Source: Bacteroidales bacterium | GTDB taxonomy: Bacteria; Bacteroidota; Bacteroidia; Bacteroidales; UBA4417 | NCBI GenBank assembly: GCA_963677975.1 | Contig: OY782677.1 | Location: forward strand, 643,178-707,177 | DNA length: 64,000 nucleotides | Direction: 5' to 3' | In this document: in pieces, positions 34,747 to 44,210 of the stretch | Layout: each line of letters begins with the position of its first letter | Numbering within the stretch: the stretch's first letter is position 1 | Program-made: the position numbers and the translations under genes | The notes under the pieces: generated by a model | Told to the model about the DNA's origin: nothing | What the model saw: only the letters and a program-made list of their open reading frames with translations | The model's database searches: none

Positions 34747-37482
34747 ATGAAAAAAAATCTCTATTTCGCTCAAATACTGCTTCTTAGCAGTTTGCTATTA
34801 ACATTGTTTCTTGGATTCAATACTTCATTATCAGGCCAGGACCTTGACCAAACAAGGATAAACGAATACTATTGGGGAACCCCTTTGAACAGGGTGCTTT
34901 ACGATTTGAAGAATAAGTACAAAATCCCTATAAACTACGACTCTGTAATGGTTGACGGATTTAAAATCGACTACCTGTTCAGCAATACGGTGGCGCGGAG
35001 AGCACTCGACATCATTTTCCGTGACAACACGAACCTCTTTTTTACTATCGATTCGAACAATGTAGTTCAGGTAATGCCCCGCGAACTATCAACAGGGAAT
35101 ATGCTCACCAGCGAAAACCTGAAATACCAGGGTAATCCGCGGAGGTTCGATTTTACTGCCAATGGTATGGTGAAAGACAAGTTAAGCGGAGAACCTCTGC
35201 CATTTGCATCAGTACTCATACGGTCGAACGGCGATGGTGCAATAACCAATGTAGATGGCTATTTTGCGCTGCAACACGTGCCTTCCGATACTTCAGCCAT
35301 TGTGGTATTCTATCTGGGCTATTACAAGCAGGTATTTTACCTTAGTCCGCAATCGGATATAAACAAACTTGTAGTAAGTCTCGACCCTATGGCTACTCAG
35401 CTGAAAGCCATCGAAATTACAGGACATCGCGAAGAACTGATGAAGGCTTCGTCGGGCGGGAATATGGTTAAAATGGCTCCCGCCAAAATAGCCGAATTAC
35501 CGAGTTTGGGCGAAAAGGATATTTTCAGGACGTTTCAGCTTATGCCCGGCATTGGCGGAAGTAACGAGTCATCGTCGGGGCTGTATGTCCGTGGCGGCAC
35601 TCCCGACCAGAACCTGATACTTTACGACGGGTTCACAGTATATCACCAGGAACACCTTTTCGGGATGTTCAGCGCGTTTAATCCAAATGCTATTAAGGAG
35701 GTACAGCTTTATAAAGGCGGTTTCGAATCGAAATACGGAGGAAGGCTTTCGAGCGTGATGGAAATCATCGGAAAAACCGGAAACGAAAAAAAATTCAATG
35801 CCGGTGTCGACGCCAGTTTTCTTGGTATAAACGGGTATGTGGAAATCCCGGTAAACAAAAAAGGATCTGTTTTTTTTGCTGCCCGGCGGTCGTATAAAAC
35901 ATTCCTGTATGAAAAACTCTTCGATTCGTTTACACAGAACACAAGCACCGTTCCTACCCCATCAGAAGTTCCAACCGGAGGCCCGCCGGGGATGGGCAGG
36001 TCGCAGGAACAGCAATCGCCTACGTCATACTTTTATGATTTGAATTTTAAAGCCACATACCCTGTTACCAGGAAAGACATTATTTCGTACAGCTACTTCA
36101 GTGGCCAGGATGTGTATGATAACTCGAGGGACTTGAGCCGTTCGCGCGGCGGTATGGACATGTTGGGCAGTGTTACCGATATGACGAAATGGGGCAACTG
36201 GGGAACCAGCCTTAAATGGTCGCGGAAATGGAACGACAAAATCTATTCGAATAACCTGCTTTCGTTTTCCAACTATTTCAGTTCCAAAGACCGTTCATCC
36301 AAACGATCATTTACCGATTCCACAGGAGTAACCACAACTTCAAATTCAGGAACTGTCGAAGATAATAAACTGAAAGATCTTTGTTTCAAAACAGATAATG
36401 AACTCAAAACAGGTCTGCATAACCAACTGGAATTTGGTGCACAATTCAACCAGTACAATATTAAATACGATTTCGTCGAGAACGATACTTTATCGATTCT
36501 CAACATGAAGGAAAACGGATCGCTGGTGGCTCTGTACTTCCAGGACCGGTGGAAACCGTATGATAAATTTAATTTTCTGCCCGGTATAAGAACCTCTTTT
36601 TACAGCAATACATCTAAAATTTATTTCGAACCACGGCTCCAGGCATCGTACGACCTCACTTCAAAACTAAAACTTAAAGGGTCAACCGGAGTGTTTTACC
36701 AGTTTGCCAACCGTATAATCCGTGAGGATATTCAATCAGGCAGCCGCGATGTGTGGGTGCTTTCTGATGGCGAAAAAATCCCTGTTAGCCGTGCCCTTCA
36801 TTTCATTGCAGGTGCCAGTTACGAGACCAAAGATTACCTGTTCGATGCTGAAGCCTATTATAAAAAGCTTACCGGCCTCACCGAGTACACCCTGAGGTTT
36901 ACGCAGCAGTTTGGGCATAGCATCGATTATTCATCACTTTTTTATAACGGCAACGGCTATACCCGCGGTTGTGACCTTCTGGTTCAGAAAAAATACGGAA
37001 GTTATACCGGATGGGTCGGTTATACGCTCTCCGAAACCCGTTACCATTTCCCTGTTTATGGTTCGGAATATTTCAGTGCCACCCAGGATGTTACTCATGA
37101 ACTCAAAATAGTTAATACCTATAAAGTACAGAAGTGGACCTTTTCGGCAACCTGGATATTTGGAACAGGGATGTCGTACACCCGTCCTATAGGAGGATTT
37201 GTGCTTACCATGCCCGACAGCACTACCGTAACGGCTATTATCCCGGGAACAAAAAATGCATCACGCCTTCCGAACTATCACAGGTTGGATATTTCAGCCA
37301 AATACGACTTTAATCTATTTGAATCGGGCAAGGGAAGTATAAGTTTTTCGGTCTTCAATGTGTATAACCGCAGAAATGTGTGGTATAAGGAATTTGAAAT
37401 CGACGATACCGGTCTCACCGAAACCAACATAACCCTTCTGGGAATTACCCCCAATGTCTCACTTTCAATACAACTCAGGTAG
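34747..37482 (+). CDS. TonB-dependent receptor with an STN-like N-terminal extension, CarboxypepD_reg and Plug domains
   Basis: Signal peptide; an STN-like segment (NRVLYDLKNKYKIPINYDS...ARRALDIIF...VVQVMP); GMVKDKLSGEPLPFASVLI...TNVDGYFAL; a Plug; a long barrel ending in SLSIQLR. Confidence 0.88.
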   Translation: MKKNLYFAQILLLSSLLLTLFLGFNTSLSGQDLDQTRINEYYWGTPLNRVLYDLKNKYKIPINYDSVMVDGFKIDYLFSNTVARRALDIIFRDNTNLFFTIDSNNVVQVMPRELSTGNMLTSENLKYQGNPRRFDFTANGMVKDKLSGEPLPFASVLIRSNGDGAITNVDGYFALQHVPSDTSAIVVFYLGYYKQVFYLSPQSDINKLVVSLDPMATQLKAIEITGHREELMKASSGGNMVKMAPAKIAELPSLGEKDIFRTFQLMPGIGGSNESSSGLYVRGGTPDQNLILYDGFTVYHQEHLFGMFSAFNPNAIKEVQLYKGGFESKYGGRLSSVMEIIGKTGNEKKFNAGVDASFLGINGYVEIPVNKKGSVFFAARRSYKTFLYEKLFDSFTQNTSTVPTPSEVPTGGPPGMGRSQEQQSPTSYFYDLNFKATYPVTRKDIISYSYFSGQDVYDNSRDLSRSRGGMDMLGSVTDMTKWGNWGTSLKWSRKWNDKIYSNNLLSFSNYFSSKDRSSKRSFTDSTGVTTTSNSGTVEDNKLKDLCFKTDNELKTGLHNQLEFGAQFNQYNIKYDFVENDTLSILNMKENGSLVALYFQDRWKPYDKFNFLPGIRTSFYSNTSKIYFEPRLQASYDLTSKLKLKGSTGVFYQFANRIIREDIQSGSRDVWVLSDGEKIPVSRALHFIAGASYETKDYLFDAEAYYKKLTGLTEYTLRFTQQFGHSIDYSSLFYNGNGYTRGCDLLVQKKYGSYTGWVGYTLSETRYHFPVYGSEYFSATQDVTHELKIVNTYKVQKWTFSATWIFGTGMSYTRPIGGFVLTMPDSTTVTAIIPGTKNASRLPNYHRLDISAKYDFNLFESGKGSISFSVFNVYNRRNVWYKEFEIDDTGLTETNITLLGITPNVSLSIQLR

Positions 37483-37484
37483 CT

Positions 37485-38294
37485 ATGAAAAAATATTCAT
37501 CAATAATTGTGGCAGTCATTTGCCTGGTTGGTCTTGCTTCGTGCAGCAAAGAATTAATGACACCTATAACCGGTGATAATACCGCCATTGTTGAATCCTA
37601 CCTGAAAGCGGGCGATTCGGCGATACTGGTTTATATTTCCAAAATGCTACCTTATTCTGACGATACCTCGGATATAAAAGAAATGATTCCGGGGATTGAT
37701 GTTTTCATCAATGGCAATAAGCTAAACGAAATTGAGAATGGTATTTACCAGTTGCAAATGGGTAACGAAAGAGTTTCGGGAGGAACAACCTACAATCTCG
37801 AATTCGAATATAGTGGAAACACGGTTTCGTCGCAAACCACCATCCCTGGATCGCCCGTTGATTTTGCATCATCAGCATCCTATATTTATGCTGACCGTAT
37901 TGTAGCGGGTTCACCTTCACATCCCGGAATGATGGACCCCGTTGAACTTACCTGGACCAATACTGATAATTCATACTATTACCTGATTGTAAAGTACCTT
38001 GAAGCAACACCCGATTACATTAATGCCAATTTTACAAACAGCGATTTTCAATTTATCCAGAGTTCCAGCCCGACCCGGGAAAGTTTCTACCGGCTCGATC
38101 AGCGGAATATCCGATGTTTCGGTACCTACCGCATCCTATTGTACAAAGTAACTAATGAGTTCAATGATGTTTTCACGAAAAACGGGACCAACTCGAATAA
38201 CTTAGTGAACCCGAGTACCAATATTATCAATGGTTTTGGCGTTTTTACAGGTATGAATGCAGATACTTTGTACCTGGAGGTCATTCCTAATTAA
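37485..38294 (+). CDS. DUF4249-like lipoprotein (usual partner of this TBDT class)
   Basis: Lipobox LASC. It starts 2 nt after the TBDT stop. Size and position are typical, and the C-terminus has GFGVFTG. Confidence 0.7.
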   Translation: MKKYSSIIVAVICLVGLASCSKELMTPITGDNTAIVESYLKAGDSAILVYISKMLPYSDDTSDIKEMIPGIDVFINGNKLNEIENGIYQLQMGNERVSGGTTYNLEFEYSGNTVSSQTTIPGSPVDFASSASYIYADRIVAGSPSHPGMMDPVELTWTNTDNSYYYLIVKYLEATPDYINANFTNSDFQFIQSSSPTRESFYRLDQRNIRCFGTYRILLYKVTNEFNDVFTKNGTNSNNLVNPSTNIINGFGVFTGMNADTLYLEVIPN

Positions 38295-38455
38295 CAGTTT
38301 GTTTATCTAAACTCCTGTTGCCCGGTGCAACAAGTAGTATCTTGTTTCGGGGTCTCATTACCTCCTGAATGATCTATTCCCCGGAGTGATCAACTCCAAT
38401 CCAATATGACGGAAACAGCAGTTTAAAATATATCTGGAATTAAGAAGGAAATCCG

Positions 38456-40600
38456 TCATCGCAGAAGCAATACCATGCCTCTTTCGGTGTTTATTTCATC
38501 GCCCCTGAGCGATGTCCTGTAAGTGGATTTAAACGAATACTCCCCTGCCGGGCAATCCTTCCCGTTGAAGGTTCCATCCCATCCTTCGGCGGCATTGTCC
38601 GATGTAAATATAAGCTGTCCCCAGCGGTTATAAATCAGTATACTGGCATTATATACATTATGCATTACAGGCCTGAAGCGGTCATTTTTCGAATCCCCGT
38701 TTGGTGAAAACACGTTCGGGAAAAAGATAGTCCCTTTGCAGCCGGGATCATCCTTTAGAATAAGGGATGCGGTATCGGAATTATTACATCCGGAAACTGA
38801 GGTGAAGTCGTAAATAATGGTATGCAGCCCGGCAGGTTCCAGGTAGGGATAAAGGCTATCAGCTAGAGTGCCGTTCACATAATAAGTTCCACCGGCGGGT
38901 TGCCCCCCGGTAAGAGCGAAACCGGGCTCGGTAAAGCACATGTCGGGGTAATCGGCCAGGGAAACAACCGGAAGAGGTTCGATACTGATATTTATCGAAG
39001 TGGTGGGGCCATTACCGCAGGTAATATTATGCCCGGTAGCCGATAACTGGCCCGCGGTAGCATCAACCCTGAAACTTAATGTTGCCGTATTGCCCGAAGT
39101 TGTTATACTAACCCCGGTTCCGGAATAGGACCAGATGTAGCTTGTCGAATTCGGGTCGGCCGATACTGTATACGACTCATTGCCAATGCCTTTACAGTGA
39201 TTACCAATGCCAGTGATCACAGGTAATGCGGGAATTTTTTTTGAAATAAAAACAGTACCAGGGATTTCGGACCAGGAAACAAACCACCAGGAATTTATAG
39301 TATTATTATTGCCAAAGTCGTTACTCCAGGTATGACATCCACCTGGATTGATGCATCCGGTTGTGGTGTTCGATGAACCACCCGCTATTTGCGAATCGTC
39401 CCAGTAAATCCTCATTTGTCCGCCTTTAGGCCGCACCTGGCTGACAATATAGCCATCGTAGTTGTTTTCGATATCATGGATCGGCAGGTGGGTCATCCCA
39501 CTGAGGTTGGCAATTGTATATGATAGTGTGGTGCCGTTGGGAACTGCCTTCCCGAAGTTATCGTTTCCGTCCCAGGTAAGGATATTATACCCATTTCCGC
39601 CGGGGTTGGCTTTCACGTTGGCAATAATCTGAACATCTTCGGCATCGGCGCCGGGTGAAGGATTAATCTCGATTACGAGTTTTATCGCCCCGTCTTTTAC
39701 TACTTTAATGCCAAATTCAGCGCCGCCGGTTACACAATTTGTTGTAACAACAATAGGCAGGATAATTGCCGATGTGATTTTCTGGGTGGGAAATACAAGG
39801 CTGTCGGGATCGTTAAGGAATACCTTGTATTGAGGGTAAGTATGAAACCCGGGCCTCGACATGCGGTCATTCACTATGTTCCCCGTTGTTGAACATCCCG
39901 TTATATTACTCGAAAACGAAAAAGTCCCGCCCATATAACCGTTACAATCAACCTGTGTTACAATGCTGTCGTCCGACAGGATCATCATTTTACCATAATA
40001 CCTTTCGCTGGTCGATGTGGGGTCGCCACTCCAGAATTGCCACGCTTTCGACCACACCCTCCCGTTTTTGGCATTGCCTGCTGCATCCACTACCGTGATA
40101 TCAAAATAAGTGAGCAAGTGCCGGTTGTTTTCATCGTAAATGCCCGAAGGGGTGGCCGGGTAGAAAAATTCAAGGTAAAAATCACCCGTTGTTATGGGTT
40201 TATATTCAAGGTAATTGTAGCCCCCGGCAAATGGCCCTGCAATTGCCTCAGCGTAAGTATTAATATACCCTGAGCCTGAGGATGGTACCGGGAATGGGCC
40301 ATAAACAGTATTCCCGCCGGGATCTTTAATACGATAAACCAAATCCGTTGTGTATGTTCCCAGCACCTGGCCGAATCCAAATCTGACCGTTTCAGATGAT
40401 TTCGAGACAGTAAAATTTAACCTGAACTCCTGCGAAGCGTTATAAAAAGCAAAATCGTTCCGAGCTTTATTGATGCATAGCTGCCCTTTTGCGTTTGTAA
40501 CCAGCGGTATTACCTGCTTTGTGCCTTCGGAATACGCAATTATTCCCGGAAATACAACCAGAAACAGTATTATACGTAAGCTTTTACGAATTCCTGCCAT
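38456..40600 (-). CDS. T9SS type B (gliding-motility-associated CHU_C) C-terminal domain protein with a PKD-like domain
   Basis: C-terminal FFPNVFSPNGDSKNDRFRPV...IYNRWGQLIF...GWDGTFNGKDCPAGEY. The ATG at 40600 is preferred because a -7 box at 40618..40625 overlaps the longer start. Confidence 0.85.
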   Translation of the reverse strand: MAGIRKSLRIILFLVVFPGIIAYSEGTKQVIPLVTNAKGQLCINKARNDFAFYNASQEFRLNFTVSKSSETVRFGFGQVLGTYTTDLVYRIKDPGGNTVYGPFPVPSSGSGYINTYAEAIAGPFAGGYNYLEYKPITTGDFYLEFFYPATPSGIYDENNRHLLTYFDITVVDAAGNAKNGRVWSKAWQFWSGDPTSTSERYYGKMMILSDDSIVTQVDCNGYMGGTFSFSSNITGCSTTGNIVNDRMSRPGFHTYPQYKVFLNDPDSLVFPTQKITSAIILPIVVTTNCVTGGAEFGIKVVKDGAIKLVIEINPSPGADAEDVQIIANVKANPGGNGYNILTWDGNDNFGKAVPNGTTLSYTIANLSGMTHLPIHDIENNYDGYIVSQVRPKGGQMRIYWDDSQIAGGSSNTTTGCINPGGCHTWSNDFGNNNTINSWWFVSWSEIPGTVFISKKIPALPVITGIGNHCKGIGNESYTVSADPNSTSYIWSYSGTGVSITTSGNTATLSFRVDATAGQLSATGHNITCGNGPTTSINISIEPLPVVSLADYPDMCFTEPGFALTGGQPAGGTYYVNGTLADSLYPYLEPAGLHTIIYDFTSVSGCNNSDTASLILKDDPGCKGTIFFPNVFSPNGDSKNDRFRPVMHNVYNASILIYNRWGQLIFTSDNAAEGWDGTFNGKDCPAGEYSFKSTYRTSLRGDEINTERGMVLLLR

Positions 40601-40617
40601 AACACTATAAAGCATAG

Positions 40618-40625
40618 CAAAGATA
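40618..40625 (-). promoter_or_regulatory. -7 box (TATCTTTG)
   Basis: TAnnTTTG 17 nt upstream of the ATG at 40600. Confidence 0.35.
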
Positions 40626-40812
40626 CTTTTGTTATGCAGACATTGCGAGTAATATCCATTAACTGTTACGTAAAATATCGCAAAACAGTAGGGTAAGCCT
40701 GAATGTTTCTTTTAGGTTGTTGTCCGGAAACATTTAATAACAAAATTGCAATTTCAATTTGCTTCCTGATTTTGCCAACATGAATGCACTTAAAGGGCTG
40801 ATTAGTATTAAT

Positions 40813-42480
40813 CTATTTATACCCTTCGTTATGCACACTTTTTACGGCCCGTCCCGAAGGATCATTCTGGTTACTGAACGATGCATCCCATGCTAATGCT
40901 TCAGGAGTGCTGCATGCCACCGAAGGAACTGAGGGCACGCATTGTGCAGCAGTATCCGAAGGAAAATGGTCGGCAAAAATCGTACGGTAATAATACTCCT
41001 CTTTTACCCTGGGTGGATTTACCGGGAAGCGGTATTTTGCATTTGCCAGCTGTTCGTCAGTTACCTGTGATGAGGTAAGTTCTTTAAGTGTATCGATCCA
41101 GCTATATCCTACTCCATCCGAGAACTGTTCTTTCTGGCGCCAGGCAATGCTTGCAGGCAGATAGTCCTCAAACGCTTTCCGCAATATCCATTTTTCCATT
41201 TTCCCGTCTTTTGCCATTTTATCCTCCGGGTTCAGCCTCATGGCAACATCCATAAATTCTTTGTCGAGGAACGGGACACGTCCTTCTACACCCCATGCGG
41301 CCAGCGACTTATTCGCTCTCAGGCAGTCGTAAAGATGGAGTTTTGATAATTTCCTCACGGTTTCCTCGTGAAAAGCCTGGGCATTAGGTGCTTTATGGAA
41401 GTACAGGTAACCGCCGAATATTTCGTCGGCACCTTCGCCCGAAAGCACCATTTTTATCCCCATTGATTTTATTACCCTGGCCATCAGGTACATGGGTGTC
41501 GAAGCGCGTATGGTGGTTACATCGTAGGTTTCGAGATGGTAAACCACATCGCGCAAGGCATCTAATGCTTCCTGAATGGTAAATTCAATTTCGTGGTGCA
41601 CCGAACCTATATGATCAGCTACCACTTTTGCCGCTGCCAGGTCGGGCGAGCCTTTCAGCCCTACAGCGAAAGAATGAAGCTGCGGCCACCAGGCTTCCTG
41701 CAGGTCGTGCGATTCGATGCGGCGGGCAGCATATTTTTTGGCTATTGCTGAAATAACCGACGAATCAAGTCCACCCGAAAGTAAAACCCCGTAAGGCACA
41801 TCCGACATCATCTGCCGGTGAACGGCCTCTTCAAGAGCTGTTTGCAGTTCATGGATTCTGGATTTGTTATCTTTCACATTCGCATAATCCGACCAGTCGC
41901 GTGTGTACCATTTGCGTATTTCACCTTCCTTGCTGTAGAGGTAATGGCCGGGCAAAAACTCCTCGATACGGTTGCAGGTTCCTTCGAGTGCCTTCAGTTC
42001 GGATGAAACATAAAAATTACCGAATTTGTCCCAGCCCATATAAAGAGGGATAACGCCAATATGGTCGCGGGCAATCAGGTAGCAATCGTTTTCGGAATCA
42101 TACAGGGCAAAAGCGAATATCCCACTGAGGTCTTCGATGAAACTGATGCCTTTCTCCCTGTAAAGCGCAAGTATTACTTCACAGTCGGAATGGGTAAGAA
42201 ACTCATAGTTCTGAGCCAGGTTTTTGCGGATATCCATATGGTTGTAGATCTCGCCGTTTATTGAAAGGATCAGTTTCCCGTCTTTACTTTTCAGCGGCTG
42301 TCCTCCCGATTGGGGATCGACAATCGAAAGCCGCTCATGAGCCAGGATGGCTTTTTCGCCGCAGTAAATGCCTGACCAGTCCGGCCCGCGGTGCCGTATC
42401 TTTTTCGACATCTCGAGTACCTGCACCCGCAGATCCTGCGATGCCGTTTTCAATTCAAAAACTCCTACAATTCCACACAT
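40813..42480 (-). CDS. asnB: Asparagine synthase B (glutamine-hydrolysing)
   Basis: MCGIVGVF Ntn-Cys start, SGGLDSS PP-loop and a 555-aa length. Confidence 0.95.
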   Translation of the reverse strand: MCGIVGVFELKTASQDLRVQVLEMSKKIRHRGPDWSGIYCGEKAILAHERLSIVDPQSGGQPLKSKDGKLILSINGEIYNHMDIRKNLAQNYEFLTHSDCEVILALYREKGISFIEDLSGIFAFALYDSENDCYLIARDHIGVIPLYMGWDKFGNFYVSSELKALEGTCNRIEEFLPGHYLYSKEGEIRKWYTRDWSDYANVKDNKSRIHELQTALEEAVHRQMMSDVPYGVLLSGGLDSSVISAIAKKYAARRIESHDLQEAWWPQLHSFAVGLKGSPDLAAAKVVADHIGSVHHEIEFTIQEALDALRDVVYHLETYDVTTIRASTPMYLMARVIKSMGIKMVLSGEGADEIFGGYLYFHKAPNAQAFHEETVRKLSKLHLYDCLRANKSLAAWGVEGRVPFLDKEFMDVAMRLNPEDKMAKDGKMEKWILRKAFEDYLPASIAWRQKEQFSDGVGYSWIDTLKELTSSQVTDEQLANAKYRFPVNPPRVKEEYYYRTIFADHFPSDTAAQCVPSVPSVACSTPEALAWDASFSNQNDPSGRAVKSVHNEGYK

Positions 42481-42528
42481 AACATTTCATTTTTAAGTTA
42501 AACACAATCCCGGAACTGACTAACGGGG

Positions 42529-42560
42529 AATAAAAAAGGCCTCCCTGATCGGAAAGCCTT
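42529..42560 (-). terminator. Terminator-like hairpin inside the asnB 5' leader (putative attenuator)
   Basis: The minus strand reads AAGGCTTTCC-GATCA-GGGAGGCCTT (10 bp with 2 G-U pairs) followed by TTTTATT, about 47 nt before the asnB ATG. No upstream gene on this strand needs a terminator here. Confidence 0.45.
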
Positions 42561-42592
42561 ACCTATGATTTTTCAAACACAATACAGCTTTC

Positions 42593-42643
42593 CTAATCCG
42601 ACAGGGGATTATAATTAAAAACCGAATTATTGGTTGTGAACAT
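42593..42643 (-). CDS. Putative 16-codon Asn-rich leader peptide MFTTNNSVFNYNPLSD
   Basis: ATG TTC ACA ACC AAT AAT TCG GTT TTT AAT TAT AAT CCC CTG TCG GAT TAG. Four of the 16 codons are AAT. The stop overlaps GGAAAGC, which is complementary to part of the terminator's 5' arm. Confidence 0.35.
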   Translation of the reverse strand: MFTTNNSVFNYNPLSD

Positions 42644-42667
42644 TTCGTTGATATGTATTGATTACGG

Positions 42668-42675
42668 CAAAGGTA
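42668..42675 (-). promoter_or_regulatory. -7 box (TACCTTTG) for the asnB leader
   Basis: TAnnTTTG 24 nt upstream of the leader ORF ATG. Confidence 0.35.
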
Positions 42676-42774
42676 GTTAAAATATATTCAGGTATTTGGA
42701 TGTGTTGCATTTTTTGATAATTAAAATCTGCCATCCTGCATATCTTTATATCTTCGCATTTCAAAAAATGAACT

Positions 42775-44163
42775 ATGCATAAAATTTTCAGTCTATTAGT
42801 ATTACTATTTCTGGTCCTTGTTTTTAAGCTTCAGGCACAAGTTCAGTCCGCGGAAACAGCATTTGCAATTCCTGATCAAACAGCAGCCGTCGATAAAACA
42901 GAAATGGCTAAAAAAGTTAAAGCCGAATTCCTTCATGCCTGGAACGGGTATAAAAAATATGCCTGGGGATACGATGCCCTGCAACCCCTGAGCTTAAAAC
43001 CCCATAATTGGCACAAAACATCACTCCTGATGACACCCGTCGATGCATTCGACACAATGATACTTATGGGCCTTACCAAAGAAGCTGATGATGCTAAAAA
43101 ACTCATTTTCGAAAAACTTGATTTTAATCTGGATATGGAGGTTCAGAATTTTGAAGTCTCCATCCGTATCTTTGGCGGGCTGCTATCAGCCTACGAACTC
43201 GATGGCGACCGCCGGTTCCTTTCCCTGGCTGAGGATCTTGGGATAAGGTTGATGAAGGCTTTTAAATCGCCTACCGGCATGCCTTACCGTTTTGTAAACC
43301 TGAAAACCGGTGCTACCTCCGGGCCCGTTTCGAATCCTGCCGAAATAGGCACATACCTGGTTGAATATGGCACACTCAGCAAACATACCGGAAACCCGGT
43401 ATATTACGAAACTGCTATGAAAGCCATGATAGCGCTTTATAAACTCCGGTCTCCTCTAGACCTTACAGCCGAAGGGATCAATGTGGAAACACGCGTGGTT
43501 ACCAACCCGGAAAGTCATATTTCGGGTTGTATCGATTCGTACCTCGAATATATGCTCAAAGGCTCTATCCTGTTCAACGATACACAACTTGCTGAGATGT
43601 GGGCACCAACTATTACTGCGGTTAATAGTTATCTTGCCGATACAGTTAACGGAAGTTTGTGGTACGGACACTCTGATATGTATACAGGCAAACGGAGTGC
43701 AACGGATTATGGTTCACTCGATGCTTTTTTTGCAGGTACCCTTGCCATGAACAACGACCTGGAGCATGCTGCAGCCCTTCAGAAATCGAATTACCGCATG
43801 TGGATGCTCAATGGTATTGAACCGGAATCTATGAACTACAAAACCATGACAGTCGAAAACGGGCAATATATCCTCAGGCCGGAGAATTTCGAAGGAGCAT
43901 ATTACCTCTACCAGTATACCAACGATCCCCAATACCTCGAAATGGGCAAAGCCATGTTCGATAACCTTGTGAAATACTGCCGCACTGACGAAGCGTATGC
44001 TGCTATCAAAGATGTGCGCACGATGGAAAAAAAGGATTATATGGAAAGTTTTTTCTTCGCCGAAACGCTTAAATATGCCTATTTGCTTTTCGACGAATCA
44101 GGTAAGCTCAATTTCCATAAAGTCATATTCAATACCGAGGCGCATCCGTACACGAGGAATTAG
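42775..44163 (+). CDS. Glycoside hydrolase family 47 (class I alpha-1,2-mannosidase-like), secreted
   Basis: Signal peptide; EVSIRIFGGLLSAYEL and ESFFFAETLKYAYLLF match hallmark GH47 segments. Confidence 0.8.
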   Translation: MHKIFSLLVLLFLVLVFKLQAQVQSAETAFAIPDQTAAVDKTEMAKKVKAEFLHAWNGYKKYAWGYDALQPLSLKPHNWHKTSLLMTPVDAFDTMILMGLTKEADDAKKLIFEKLDFNLDMEVQNFEVSIRIFGGLLSAYELDGDRRFLSLAEDLGIRLMKAFKSPTGMPYRFVNLKTGATSGPVSNPAEIGTYLVEYGTLSKHTGNPVYYETAMKAMIALYKLRSPLDLTAEGINVETRVVTNPESHISGCIDSYLEYMLKGSILFNDTQLAEMWAPTITAVNSYLADTVNGSLWYGHSDMYTGKRSATDYGSLDAFFAGTLAMNNDLEHAAALQKSNYRMWMLNGIEPESMNYKTMTVENGQYILRPENFEGAYYLYQYTNDPQYLEMGKAMFDNLVKYCRTDEAYAAIKDVRTMEKKDYMESFFFAETLKYAYLLFDESGKLNFHKVIFNTEAHPYTRN

Positions 44164-44169
44164 TTTTTT

Positions 44170-44196
44170 GTAGAAAAAGATAAATAATTTTTCTAC
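44170..44196. terminator. Bidirectional terminator between convergent genes
   Basis: GTAGAAAAA-GATAAATAA-TTTTTCTAC is a perfect 9-bp stem, preceded by a T run. Confidence 0.6.
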
Positions 44197-44210
44197 CCTG
44201 GTACTTTTCA

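Noticed and set aside
35786-35877. A8 and T8 homopolymer runs inside the TBDT gene, considered as slipped-strand phase-variation switches. Similar A8 runs occur in the A2M gene near 47720 and 48337.
   Set aside because: They encode ordinary Lys and Phe runs in an AT-leaning genome. The length is marginal and no evidence of frame variants is available from a single sequence.
42627-42710. An alternative 27-codon leader ORF upstream of asnB: MQHIQIPEYILTTFAVINTYQRNVHNQ.
   Set aside because: Its ATG lies upstream of the putative -7 box (42668..42675), so it would not be on the transcript. Its Asn codons are fewer and it does not overlap the antiterminator arm.
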